From positions 558,001 to 622,000 of the forward strand of contig JAPDFW010000070.1 in the NCBI GenBank assembly GCA_028826165.1: a stretch of DNA of 64,000 bases, in the 5' to 3' direction. The notes beneath the pieces are model-generated. The model had not been told where the DNA came from. It was given only the letters and a program-made list of their open reading frames with translations, and searched no databases. Below, one piece after another: positions 35,301 through 49,518 of this stretch (position 1 is the first letter of the stretch; each line of letters begins with the position of its first letter). The translations under genes were made by a program, and so were the position numbers. Origin of the DNA: Anaeramoeba ignava BMAN. Taxonomy: Eukaryota; Protista; Anaeramoebae.

Positions 35301-38300
35301 ATCAAAATCAAAATCAAAATCAAAATCAAAAATCAAAATCAAAAACTAAAATTCAAAATCAAATTCAAAATTCAAATTCAAAATCAAAATCAAAATCAAA
35401 ATCAAAATCAAAACCAAATTCAAAATCAAAATCAAATTCAAAAATCAAAATCAAAATCAAAATCAAAATCAAAATCAAAATCAAAATCAAAATCAAAATC
35501 AAAATCAAATTCAAAATCAAATTCAAAATCAAAATCAAAATCAAAATCAAAATCAAAATCAAAATCAAAATCAAAATCAAAATCAAAATCAAAATCAAAT
35601 TCAAAATCAAATTCAAAATCAAAATCAAAATCAAAATCAAATTCAAAATCAGATTCAGATTCAGATACAGATACAGATACAGATTCAGATTCAGATTCAG
35701 ATTCAAATTCAGATTCAAATTCAAATTCAAATTCAAATTTAAATTCAAATTTAAATTCAAATCCAAATCAAAATCAAAATTTAAATCAAAATATAAATTT
35801 TCGAGATTTATATGTTATTGATCCACACTTTCATAGAAATCTTTTGATTGATCTTGGAAACTTATGGTTTATCACTTTTGAGGGATCAAAACAGTACTTA
35901 TCCACAAATAAATCTGTCAGAGAATGGATTATTTCAACAAGCAAAAAACTTCAAATATTCACACCATTTGGACAATCTCTTCTTGATCCACTAGATTTTT
36001 TGAGTTTGTTAAAACTTCAAAAAAATCAAGATGATGAAAGAAAATTCTTTTCAAAACAACACAATTATTTGTTATATTATGTTTTTCTGATGACATCTAC
36101 CTTTTTCCAGGAAAGAAAACTTTCGGATAGTGTAAAACTATTGCAAAAGCTCAAACAACATAAAAGTTGTATTCCTTTAATTGCTAAAGTGATCACATCA
36201 CAAATTCCGAATTTGATTAATCAAGGATGGACACATAAAATACGGAAAATGAATTCAATTCCTGATGAAAAACAAAATTCTGAAGTAGATAAACCAAAAA
36301 TCTTTCATAAATCAAATCCTTTTGTTAAACTCTTTGGAGTTTTTGTCAATACTAGTACTGAAAAATACAATCAAAATCAAAATCAAAATCAAAATCAAAA
36401 TCAAAACCAAAATCAAAATCAAAATCAAAATCTTGAATTTTCTCGAATTCTTGGATATATTGCAAGAATGCACATCTCTTTTTGGGGAATTCATGAAACC
36501 TTAAAAAATGAAACACCAACTCCAACTTCAAATATGAAAAGAAGTAAAATATCCTACACTGAAACAAAAAACGATTTTGCTTCTCAAGAAATCGATACAT
36601 CAATATTAGGAAGAATCACACCTTCAATCACAATTGATAAAATTATAGAATTTTGGCTTGAAATTGCGATTATATTCAACAAATACACTGAAGGACGCAT
36701 TTTGCTCAATGAATTGTTTCAAACATCCCACTTCTTTGGATTTAGTGATTTGCTCTGGGATAAGTTTTCTTCACATCCAAAAAGCACATCAATGCAAAAG
36801 GATATTTTCAAACAAGATATCAGTTCTCTCAATCTTTTTCCTTGGAGTTATTTGGAAATACTTCTTTCACTCACATTGCAGAACAATAACACCAAGCAAG
36901 AAGATGGGCTTCAGATCCTCGAAGGAAAAAGAACTAAGCCGTCAAAAAAAACAAAGAAAATCCTCCGTTATTGGAACAAAATAATTCAAGCTCTCAATAA
37001 CAAACCGCTCCCAGAATTAGATGATCTAGCTCCGATTGTTCTCAATATCTTTTTCTTGTTTTATTTCTCTGGATTTTGCAGAGGAACTAATTATTCCCAT
37101 ATATATAATGAAGAACAACACTTCTTTATTGTGGATAATGACAACTGGTTTGGCCGTAAATTATTTAGATTTTTCTCCTCTTCTGGGAAATCTGTATTTG
37201 ATGCTGTGTCAAATATCATCGATCGGCATATTAATTCAAAAAACCCCCAGTTTCTATCACAATCACAAAAGCAGTTCTTGAAAAATTTGCAGGCAATGAA
37301 AGAGTGGCTCAAAATATCTGATTTAGGTCAATTAATAGACAATGCAATTTCAAATAAGGAGTTGTATCAATTCCACACTTTGGAGTTTTTGTTGAATAAT
37401 TTTCTTTATCAAAAAATCGATCCTGAAAATTGGAAAGAAAATTTCGAACAATTCCAAGCAAATCTTTGGTTTGATTTTGTTGATCATGAAAAGATACTTT
37501 CAGACACAACAAATTTATTCATCGAATTCCAATTTCTTCCAAAGCCACCCCAATTTACCAAAAGAAGACGGCACAACGACTTGTTTAATTCAGTTGATAG
37601 TTTCGACGATAATTCAGGTTATTTCGATAATGACTATTTTGATGATAACGAGGATATTGAAAATCGAGATTACCGGAATTTCAATCCAAACAAAGAGATT
37701 CAATCCAATAAAGACGATTCTCAGTCCTCTTTTTTTGACCACCACCATCACAAAATTGCGGAGAAAACAAGCCAATTAATAATGAAAAAACAAGAGGAAG
37801 AGAAAAACGAAAGCGAATTCAACTTTGAAAAGGCAGCCCAAAGAATGGAAGAAATTTCCGATTTGAACCAAACACCAGAATTAAAGTTCCAATCCTTATT
37901 GAGCTTCATCCACGAGTTCTCGACAGTCTATTTCCACGACAACCAAAGAATTCCTGATTTCACCAAGGTTTATGTCGGTTACCTAACATATAAGAAAAGA
38001 TCATTCATCTCAGATTTGAAGCAAAAAATGAACTTGAAAGACGATATAGATCCAACTTTGGATTATGACTATCTTCATGAAATTAACAAAATAAAAAACA
38101 GACAAATGCACGAAATAAACCTAAAAATGTCCAAGAATTTTATTTACTATCAGCATCAGATCAGTCTTGCCATTCAGTCCTTTGATGTCTTGGCAAGAAA
38201 ATTCATCTTGTTTGATAATCTTGTTATTTCATCGATTCGGTTATACAAGAAGATTTGTAGCAACATAAAAAAAACAAGGAAAAGAAGCGTTAAGGAATAT

Positions 38301-41300
38301 CACGTTTTGGTTCATTTTTTGGAGGATATTTTCCGCATGACTTGGGAACCTATTATGAAATTTCCAGTTGCAACAAACAAAGTTTTGGATCTCGCCTTCA
38401 AGAACATTGCAGAATGCCTTATTTTCGAGGTAAAATCTACTTTTATGATCCATTTCATTAAGAAAGTTCTTGATAACCCGCAATCGCACTATTGGGCTGA
38501 TCCGTTGATTTTCATCTCTCAGGCTCAGAAACATAAATTCTTAGATGCATATGAAATGGTTGTTGTTGCGAATCATAAAAATCATAACTCATTGCTTCCC
38601 AACTTTGATTTTCCCAGAATCTTCTCAAGAAATGTTGATGACAAATTTGTCAAACGTCTTCTCTCTATATTCTTCACAGTTTTCACACGAAGAAATAGCG
38701 TCCCAAAACTTGTGAACCACAGCTTGCAAGGCTTTGCGTATTTGATTCAAGATACTAAGCAAAAATACATCATTGATATTTTGCAAATCATGCTCACTCA
38801 AACATTCAAAAGAAAATGCGGATCCAAAGTTTGGCAATCATTCAATACCGCACTAAAAAATGCTTCTTTTGAAGATGAGCAGCTACTCGAGTTTTTCAGT
38901 TTTGTTACAATGAAGTTGGTGGATCTTCGCTTTTCCTTAATGCTAGAAAGCAAACAAAATGACGATCCAAATCCAAAAACGTTTCTTTCCCATTTTGACA
39001 GCGAATCATTAGACCAAATTTTCTTTTTCATGGAGTCATTAATTGAACAGAAAATGAAGAAGAGCATCAAAAAAAGAAAACAAAAATATCGCCGCAAAAC
39101 AAGTTTTGTTGATATGCAAGCAAACCAAGATCCTAATAGCCAAGACCTAGAAGTGAAAGTGTATTCATCTCTTCTCATTTGGCTCTGCAATTTTTATCAC
39201 GTTTGGCTTTCCAAAGATGTTCAGATCCTTGATCCACAAACACATCAAACAGTCCAAATCAAAAATTATCCTCCTTTTGATCCTCTCAATCCCCAAGAAA
39301 AAACAACAATCGAAACCCAGGTTGCAGCCCATTTGTGCAACACTTTGAACAACATGAGCAATCAAATACCTCAGAAATTCTATCTCCACCAATTCCTCAT
39401 TTATTTTGCTCATTCACAATCCACTTTTGTCGATCTCCCTGATTTCTATGCAGGAATTTTCAGAAACTTGGAATTCGAAAATGCTCCAAAAATTACTTCA
39501 ATATCTTTTCTCGAGCAATTCCTATCTGCTGCTACTCTCCTGAATTCAAATCCAAATATCGCATTTATTGTTATCAAACAAACAGATTTTGGGATATCTC
39601 CTCAAACATTTGCTTTTTTCAAAAATAAAGATCCAGAACGTCTTGCATCCTTTCATCAGCTCCGTTTTGTTTTGATCTTTTTCATTCTATCGGAAGTGAA
39701 TGGCATTTCCGATAAGCAAGATTTGCGTTGGATGAGACAACAGATTGACGATTTGGATTGGGGATTCATTCCTCCGAAATTATTTTCTCAAACAATACAA
39801 AAATTTCGTGCAATAATCAATAATATTTTCGAAAATGTTGGAACTCTAAAAAGTTCTTTTCATACATCAAAATTAGATTTGAAAAGTTGGAAAGGATTGG
39901 ATTGGCCAAAATCAATTTTAGATTCTGAAGATAAATTTCTCGTACTTTATTTATTTTTGAAAGAAATTTCAACTTATTTGATCAAAAAACTTGAAAATGA
40001 TGAAGATAATAAAAATAATGAAAATAATGAAAATAATGAAAATAATGAAAATAATGAAAATCAAATCCAAAACGACCAAATTATTAAGAAAGATCAAAAA
40101 AATATCAAAACCAAAAATAGAATCCAAAGAATAAAGAATTCCGCTCTGAATTTTCAGGAATTTTTTAGATTCATGATATTTCAATTAAGAAAAATCACAA
40201 AGATCCGCAACTTGGATAAATTCAGTTTTCTTGACATTTTTAGTGAGAAAATTTCGCTTGTTTATAAAGACTTGATTAAATTGGCATTCAATTATCGAAA
40301 GCTGCATATTCTTTTCCAAGACGAAAGCAAACAAAAGGCACGAAACATGAAAATTCTTTTTTCACTCCAGAATCCACATCTTGTTTTGGATCTGATATTC
40401 AAAACGGATCATCCAAATTTCTTGGACAAATTCATAAAAACATTTCTCCAAAAATTTGAGAAGTATCACAAAAAATTGAACATACATTTCTATCTCTTCA
40501 TGATCAAAAGCTTGTTTGAATCATCCAAACTGAGAATTGTTGCCATACTATTCAATCAAATTGGGAAATTTTACTTCTTTCATTTCGATAATTCGCATAA
40601 TTTAATCCCGTTAATTCGGGACATAGAAAACGAGAGGTTTTATGAATATTGTGTTGAAAAAGGAGCTGTAGTCACACTGGGTGTGATGTCTTCATTCAAA
40701 TTAAGAAAACAAAACGGGTTATCCAATATCCAAAAAGCTCGTTTGCTGTTCCAAATTTTCAAGAAACTTTTTGAATGGATCCAGAAAATTAATCTCCAAA
40801 TAGATGATGAACATTATCGGTTAATTCTCCTAGATTTGATTTTGTTACTTTGCGAGAATTTTCAAGGAAATTTTTACTTCCAAAATTTACAAGAATCGGA
40901 AACAATCCAAAAAGAGATTCTTGATGATTTTAAAGTTCTTATTAAGTTTATTCTGCATCAGTTTCAAAATAAGAATTACTCCATAAATTGTCGATTGATT
41001 TATGGATTTTTTCTTTTATTTTTTCGGAAAGAAACAAATGAAGAATCTCAATTAGAATTTGGAAATGGATCATTTTTAGTAACACAAGAAAAGAACAAAA
41101 TAGTGTCTGATATTACTCTTTCCGTAAAAGAACTTTTCAGAAAATATACTAAAACAGAAACCATTGATAAATTTATTGAATGGATTAAAAATTGTGAAAT
41201 TTCAAATGATTTTATTCGATTGTTTTATTATTATCGTTTTGTGGTTTCCAATTTTGATAATAATTTAAATGTTTTTTGTGAAAGAATGGAGAAATTGATT

Positions 41301-41306
41301 TACTAA
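32377..41306 (+). CDS. EPG5: EPG5-like (ectopic P-granules 5) autophagosome-lysosome tether, with large poly-NQ insertions and apparent frameshifts inside the microsatellites
   Basis: Exon 32377-32527, intron 32528-32601, then ORFs 32610, 33241 and 35844 separated only by CAAAAT tracts. The segment FNELNLSNWSISKEDYSTITDWLF...AARSIINRLNWG...LYVIDPHFH resembles the conserved EPG5 block (recalled as LPLxxWxP...IxxWLL...LNWG). The total size, well over 2000 aa, fits. Confidence 0.6.
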
Positions 41307-41479
41307 ATTTTATTGTTATGTTTTTGTTTTCTTTTCTTTTCTTTTCTTTTTGAATTTAGGTTTGAAAAAAAAAAAAAGAGAAAATTTTTCCAATAAATCA
41401 AAATTCATTTTTTTCATTTTTTTTTTCATTTTTTTTTTAATAATAATATTAATAAAAAATTTAAATAATTTCTAAAAAA

Positions 41480-44400
41480 ATGACAGAAAGATGGGCAACG
41501 GATTTAGAAGATGATATTTTTGGAGGTAAAAATAAATAATAATTATAAATAAAAAATAATTAAAAATAAAAAATAATTATAAATAAAAATAATTAAAAAT
41601 AAAAGAAGAAATTCAATTTCCAGAAAGGAAACCAAAACAAGACACAAAAAAACAAGAAACTAAACAAGAAACAACACAAAAAAAACAAGAAACTAAACAA
41701 GAAACAACACAAAAACAACAAGAAAGTAGATATGATATTTTCCAAGGATTACAACCAAAAGATTATCAACCAAAACAACAACAAAATCAAAATCAAAATC
41801 AAAATCAAAATCAAAATCAAAATTTAAATCAAAATCAAAATCAAAATTTAAATCAAAATCAAAATCAAAATTTAAATCAAAATCAAAATTTAAATCAAAA
41901 TCAAAATCAAAATTTAAATCAAAATTTAAATCAAAATCAATTTTTCCAAAATGATGATAGTTTTGGAAATATTTTCACAGAACAAGTTATTAACAAACCT
42001 TCTCCTCAAAAACATAATGTTCCACAACAACAAAATTTAGGCTTCCAAAACCCAAATACCCAAAATACATTTGGTTTCGAAGATTCTTTTGATAATAACT
42101 CATTTAATTCATTTTCCAATCAAACAACAACACCAATCAATCCTGTATTTGATGGACAAAACTTCCAGAATTCATTCCAACAAATGAGCGAACAAAACCA
42201 ATTTTATCGAGAAGGAATTCAAGATTTCACAAAAAAAAATCAGTTAATGCAAAACAAAATGGGATTAATTAACCAGCATATCCAAGAAATAATATCTTCG
42301 AATCAAGAACTCCTATTGGTATATGAAGAAAAGAAAAGACTTTATCATCAAATTCAAGCCAAATATGAACCAATGATCCAGAAATACCAACATTTGCGTA
42401 ATTTACTTCAGAAAAACCGCAAAGAAATTGAGTCGCTGAATGAAGAGATCACGATCCAAAAAAATCGCTACAAAATTGCAAAGACAAAAATTTTGGAAAT
42501 CAAAAAAGTTGGTTCAGAAGAACAAAAAGAGCTTGCTTCTAAGATTCAATTGAATAAAAAATATCAGCAGGAAATTATCAATATCCAAGAGAGAATATTT
42601 TTAGAGAAAAAAGAAATGCAAACAATTTCCGAAGAATTAAAATTTCACGAAGAACAAAGTCAAATGATCAAGTCTCAACTTGAACAAGAGCAAAATAAAC
42701 AATTAGAGATTGGGAAACAGAAGAATACATTATTAGCTGATTTGGACAAAGTGAAAAAAGAGTTTGAAAATCTTAGTCAGGAAAAGAAACAAAAAAAGCA
42801 AGAGTTGGATATTTCACAAATTAGTCTTGATAATCTAAGAGAAGAAATTCGCAAAGTTAAAGAACAAAATCAAAAAACTATTACTGAGATTAGTTATATT
42901 GAAAAAAATATTACAAAAATTCGAGAAGATGAAAAAAAAGAAGAGCAAACTTTACAAATCCTGAAAAATCAAAATCAAAATCAAAATCAAAATCAAAATC
43001 AAAATCAAAAAAAAGATACAAGATTTGATGATAAAACAAAAAAACCAGAAACAGATCAAAACAAGGATTTTAATGATAAAGGTTTTGGTGATAATGGATT
43101 TGGAGATTTAGGATTTGATGATAAAGGTTTTGATGATAAAGGTTTTGGAGATTTAGGATTTGAAGATAAAACAAAAAAAACAGAAGTAAATAAAGATAAG
43201 GGATTTAATGATAAAGGTTTTGATGATAAAGGTTTTGGAGATTTAGGATTTGATGATAAAGGTTTTGATGATAATGGATTTGGAGATTTAGGATTTGATG
43301 ATAAAGGTTTTGATGATAAAGGTTTTGATGATAAAGACTTTGAAGATAAAACAAAAAAACCAGAAGTAAATAAAAATAAAGAATTTAATGATAAAGGTTT
43401 TGATGATAAAGGTTTTGATGATTTAGGATTTGAAGATAAAACAAAAAAAACAGAAGTAAATAAAGATAAGGAATTTAATGATAAAGGTTTTGATGATAAA
43501 GGATTTGGAGATTTAGGATTTGATGATAAAGGTTTTGATGATAATGGATTTGATGATAAAGACTTTGAAGATAAAACAAAAAAACCAGAAGTAAATAAAA
43601 ATAAGGAATTTAATGATAAAGGATTTGATGATAAAGGATTTGGAGATTTAGGATTTGATGATAAAGGATTTGATGATAAAGACTTTGAAGATAAAGGTTT
43701 TGATGATAAAAGTTTTGATGATAAAGGATTTGATGATAAAGGTTTTAGTGATAATGGATTTGGAGATTTAGGATTTGATGATAAAGGTTTTGATGATAAA
43801 GACTTTGAAGATAAAACAAAAAAACCAGAAGTAAATAAAAATAAAGGATTTGATGATAATGGTTTTGATGATAATGATTTTGGTGATAAAGGTTTTGATG
43901 ATAAAGGTTTTGATGATAAAGGTTTTGATGATAAAGGTTTTGATGATAAAACTCAAAATAAAGATAAAGATAAAGATAAAGATAAAGATAAAGATAAAGA
44001 TAAAGATAAAGATAAAGATAAAGATAAAGATAAAGATAAAGATAAAGATAAAGATAAAGATAAAGATAAAGATAAAGATAAAGATAAAGGTTTTGATGAT
44101 AAAGGTTTTGATGATAAAGACCTTGATGATAAAACAAAAAAACCAGAAGTAAATAAAAATAAGGGATTTAATGATAAAGGTTTTGATGATAAAGGTTTTG
44201 ATGATAATGATTTTGATGATAAAGGTTTTGATGATAAAGGTTTTGATAATAAAGGTTTTGATGATAATGGATTTGGAGATTTAGGATTTGATGATAAAGG
44301 TTTTGATGATAAAGGTTTTGATGATAAAGACTTTGAAGATAAAACAAAAAAACCAGAAGTAAATAAAAATAAAGGATTTGATGATAAAGGTTTTGATGAT

Positions 44401-45497
44401 AAAGGTTTTGATGATAAAGGTTTTGATGATAAAGGTTTTGATGATAAAGGTTTTGATGATAAAGGTTTTGATGATAATGGATTTGGAGATTTAGGATTTG
44501 ATGATAAAGGTTTTGATGATAAAGGTTTTGATGATAAAGACTTTGAAGATAAAGATAAAGATGATGATAAAGGGTTTGATGATAAAGGATTTGATGATAA
44601 AAGTTTTGATGATAAAGGTTTTGATGATAAAGGTTTTGATGATAAAGGTTTTGATGATAAAACTCAAAATAAAGATAAAGATAAAGATAAAGATAAAGAT
44701 AAAGATAAAGATAAAGATAAAGATAAAGATAAAGATAAAGATAAAGATAAAGATAAAGATAAAGATAAAGATAATGTTAATGATAAAGATAAAAGTTTTG
44801 ATGATAAAACGTTTGATGATAAAGGATTTGATGATAAAGGTTTTGATGATAAAGGTTTTGATGATAAAGGTTTTGATGATAAAGACTTTGAAGATAAAAC
44901 AAAAAAACCAGAAGTAAATAAAAATAAGGAATTTAATGATAAAGGTTTTGATGATAAAGGTTTTGATGATAAAGGTTTTGATGATAAAGGTTTTGATGAT
45001 AAAGGTTTTGATGATAAAGGTTTTGATGATAAAGGTTTTGATGATAAAGGTTTTGATAATAAAACGTTTGGTGATTTTAATAAAGGATTTGATTTCAACC
45101 AAAATTTTGATGATAAAGGATTTGATAATAAAACGTTTGGTGATTTTAATAAAGGATTTGATTTTGATAAAGGATTTGATGACTTTGGATTCAATAATAA
45201 AAAGACAGAAGAAAATTCATCAAAAAAAGAAACCCAAGGATTTGATAATTTTGGATTTGATGATAATGGTTTTGGTGATAATGATAACGATAAAGATAAA
45301 GATAAAGATAAAGATAAAGATAAAGATAAAGATAAAGATAAAGATAAAGATAAAGATAAAGATAAAGATAAAGATAAAATGATAAAGATAATGTTAATGA
45401 TAAAGATAATGTTAATGATAAAGGATTTGATGATAATGATTTTGGTGATAATGATTTTGGTGATAATAGTTTTGATGATAATGGTTTTGGTGATTGA
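41480..45497 (+). CDS. Coiled-coil protein with long acidic GFDDK/FGDLGF repeat tail (Eps15/gamma-synergin-like vesicle-coat accessory protein)
   Basis: Exon 41480-41525, intron 41526-41605, then continuous into ORF 42184. Coiled coil at about 42190-42960, followed by many DDKGF, FGDL and FGDF motifs. Apparent frameshift at ~45379; the repeat frame ends ...DNGFGD* at 45495-45497. Confidence 0.65.
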
Positions 45498-45809
45498 AAA
45501 TATTTATATTCTATTATGAAAAATTAATGAAACGATATTTATGATAGTTCAATTAAGGATATTTTGGTGAATTTTATCTTTTAATCCACTTTTTGCGTAA
45601 AAAAAAAGAATATTTTAATCCAAATTTTAAAAATATTTGATCGATTAATAATTTAATTGACTTAAATAATTATCATTTTCATTTTCATTTTCATTTTCAT
45701 TTTTCTTTTGTTTGGTTTAATTTTTTTTTCATTTTTTTTAAAAAAAAATTTCATTTTTATTTTTCATTTTTTCATTTTTTTCATTTTTCATTTTTCATTT
45801 ATTTTTAAA

Positions 45810-48800
45810 ATGAATAGAAGTATTTTAAATTAATATTTAACAAAAAAAAAATTAAAATTATAAAAAAAAAATTATAAAAAAAAATTTTTTTATAATAAGG
45901 ACAAAAACCAGGAAGAAATTCACCAACAAAATCTTTTGGTAAAGGACGAGGAAAACCAAATCAACAAGGAAGGAAAGGGAAGAAATATGGGTAGACCACA
46001 AACTGATGGAAACAAGGGAAAAGGAAAAAGTAATAATGGTCCAATAATTGAACCACATAGACATGATGGTGTATATATTGTTAGAGGAAAAGAAGAATCT
46101 CTTGCAACAGTAAATTTAATTCCAGGAGAAACAGTGTATGGAGAGAAGAAAATTTCACAAGAAGTAAAATTCATTATCATTTTAAATTTTAATTTTAATT
46201 TTAATTTTAATTTTAATTTTAATTTTAATTTTAATTATAATTTTAAATTTAATTTTAATTTTAATTTTAATTTTAATTTAAATTTTAATTTTAATTTTAA
46301 TTTTAATTTTAATTATAATTTTAATTTTAATTTTAAATTTAATTATAATTTTAATTTTAATTTTAATTTTAATTTTAATTTTAATTTTAATTTTAATTTT
46401 AATTTTAATTTTAATTTTAATTTAAATATCAATTTAAATATCAATTTAAATATCAATTTTAATTTTAATTTTAATTTTAATTTTAATTTTAATTTTAATT
46501 TTAATTTTAATTTTAATTTTAATTTTAATTTTAATTTTAATTTTAATTTTAATTTTAATTTTAATTTTAATTTTAATTTAAATTTTAATTTAAATTTTAA
46601 TTTTAATTTTAATTTTAATTTTAATTTTAATTTTAATTTTAATTTTAATTTTAATTTTAATTTTAATTTTAATTTTTAATTTTAATTTTAATTTTAATTT
46701 TAATTTTAATTTTAATTTTAATTTTAATTTTAATTTTAAATATCAATTTAAATATCAATTTAAATATCAATTTTAATTTTAATTTTAATTTCAATTTTAA
46801 TTTTAATTTTAATTTTAATTTTAATTTCAATTTTAATTTAAATTTTAATTTTAATTTTAATTTTAATTATAATTTTAATTTTAATTTTTAATTTTAATTT
46901 TAATTTTAATTTTAATTTTAATTTTAATTTAAATTTTAATTTTAATTTTAATTTAAATTTTAATTTTAATTTTAATTTTAATTTTAATTTTAATTTCAAT
47001 TTTAATTTTAATTTTAATTTTAATTTTAATTTTAATTTTAATTTTAATTTTAATTTTAATTTTAATTTTAATTTTAATTTTAATTTTAATTTTAATTTTA
47101 ATTTTAATTTTAATTTTAATTTTAATTTTAATTTTAATTTTAATTTTAATTTTAATTTTAATTTTAATTTTAATTTTAATTTTAATTTTAATTTTAATTT
47201 TAATTTTAATTTTAATTTTAATATTAATTTTTAATTTCAATTTCAAATATAAAAAGAAAGAAGGAAAGAAAGTTGAATATCGTATTTGGAATCCTTTTCG
47301 TTCAAAGCTTGCTGCTGCTATTCTTGGTGGTATTGATAAAATGTGGATTCAACCTGGCGCTAAAGTTTTATATCTTGGTGCTGCTTCTGGTACTACAGTT
47401 TCTCATTGTTCTGATATTGTTGGTGAAGTAAATAATATCATATTTACTTCTTAATTTAAATTATAAATTATATTCAAAATTAAATTCAAAATTAAATCCA
47501 AAAATTAAATTCAAAATTAAATTCAAAATTAAATTCAAAATTAAATTCAAAATTAAATTCAAAATTAAATTCAAAATTAAATTCAAAATTAAATTCAAAA
47601 TTAAATTATAAATTAAATTATAAATTATATTCAAAATTAAATTATAAATTAAATTATAAATTATAAATTAAATTCAAAATTAAATTCAAAATTAAATTCA
47701 AAATTAAATTCATAAATTAAGTTAAAATTAAATTCAATTTAAATTCAAAATTAAATTCAAAATTAAATTCAATTTAAATTAAAATTAAATTCAAAATTAA
47801 ATTCAAAAATTAAATTATAAAATTAAATTCAAAATTAAATTAAAAATTAAATCAAAATTAAATTCAAAATTAAATTCAAAATTAAATTCAAAATTAAATT
47901 CAAAAATTAAATTCAAAATTAAATTCAAAATTAAATTCAAAATTAAATTCAAAATTAAATTCAAAATTAAATTAAAAATTAAATTCAAAAATTAAATTCA
48001 AAATTAAATTAAAATTATAAATTGAATTTAAAATCATATTCAAAATTATATTCAAAATTAAAATTATAAATTAAATTATAAATTAAATTCAAAATTAAAA
48101 TTTCGAAAAAAAGACAAGGAAGGGTTTAAGTTGAATTTAAAATCGATCTGGTAGAAATTTAAATTGCAAATCAAATTAAAAATATCATTCCAATTATTGA
48201 AGATGCTAGAATGCCAAATCGATATAAAATTAAATTCAAAATTAAATTTTCAAAATTAAATTCAAAATTAAATTGCATTAAATGCTGAAAATTTTAAAAA
48301 TTCAAATGGAAATTATATTATTAAATTCAAAAAAGTAAATTCAAAATAAAATTATAAATTAAAATTAAAAATTAAAATTAAAATTCAATTATTTTAAAAT
48401 AAATTGATTCAACTTTAAATTATAAATTATTTTCAAAATTATATTAAAAATTAGGGAATCACAAAAATTAAAACAAAAGTTAAATTAGAACCAATGAAAT
48501 ATTCATGCAATTGTCCGTCAAAATTAAATTTAAAATTAAATTATTTATAAATTAATTTATTAAATTATAAATTCAAAATTAAATTATAAATTATATTCAA
48601 AATTAAATTATTTCGAATAAAAAAAAGACAGGAAGGGTTTATTTATTAATTTATTAATTTATTTATTAAATTATTTATTAATGTTGCAAATCAAAGACAA
48701 AATATCATTCCAATTATTGAAGATTAGAATGCCAAATTTATTAAAATTATTGTTCCAATAATTGATATTTATTTTTTTAATTAAATTATTTATTTATTAA

Positions 48801-49518
48801 AGAATTATTTATTAAATGCTGAACAATTTTTAAAAACTAATGGACATTATATTATCTCAATAAAAGTACAAAAAATTTATAATTCAATTTATATTAAAAA
48901 TTAAAATTGAAATTAAAATTCAATATTTTAGGCAAAATGTATTGATTCAACTTTAGAACCTGAAGTAGTTTTTCAGAATGAAGTAAAAAAATTAAGGGAA
49001 TCACATTTAAAACCTTTAGAACAATTTACATTTATTTATTTATTTATTTAGATCATGCAGTTGTCCGTTTATTAATTTATTTAACAATTATTTATTAATT
49101 TATTTATTTATTTATTTATTTATTTATAAATTAATTTATTTATTAAATTATTTATTAATTTATTTATTAATTTATTTATTAATTTATTTATTAAATTGTT
49201 TATTAATTTGTTTAACATTTATTTATTAAATTATTTATTAAATTATTTATTAATTTATTTATTAATTTATTTATTAAATTATTTATTAAATTATTTATTA
49301 ATTTATTTATTAATTTATTTAATTTATTTATTAATTTATTTATTAATTTATTTATTAATTTATTTATTAATTTATTTATTAATTTATTTATTAATTTATT
49401 TATTAAATTATTTATTTATTAATTTATTTATTAAATTATTTATTAATTTATTTAACATTTATTTTATTTATTATTTTAGGTTGTTGGAGTTTATAGACCA
49501 AAAAGAAAAATTGATTAA
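45810..49518 (+). CDS. NOP1: Fibrillarin (rRNA 2'-O-methyltransferase); 3' exons garbled in this assembly
   Basis: [11 protein letters not shown]...[18 protein letters not shown] (exon ending 46163); [19 protein letters not shown]...[21 protein letters not shown] (47257-47427); fragments [10 protein letters not shown] and [21 protein letters not shown]; last exon [12 protein letters not shown] (49480-49518). Confidence 0.85.
46164..47256 (+). repeat. (TTTTAA)n microsatellite filling a fibrillarin intron
   Basis: GT at 46164, AG at 47255-47256; the interior is nearly pure hexamer repeat. Confidence 0.9.
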
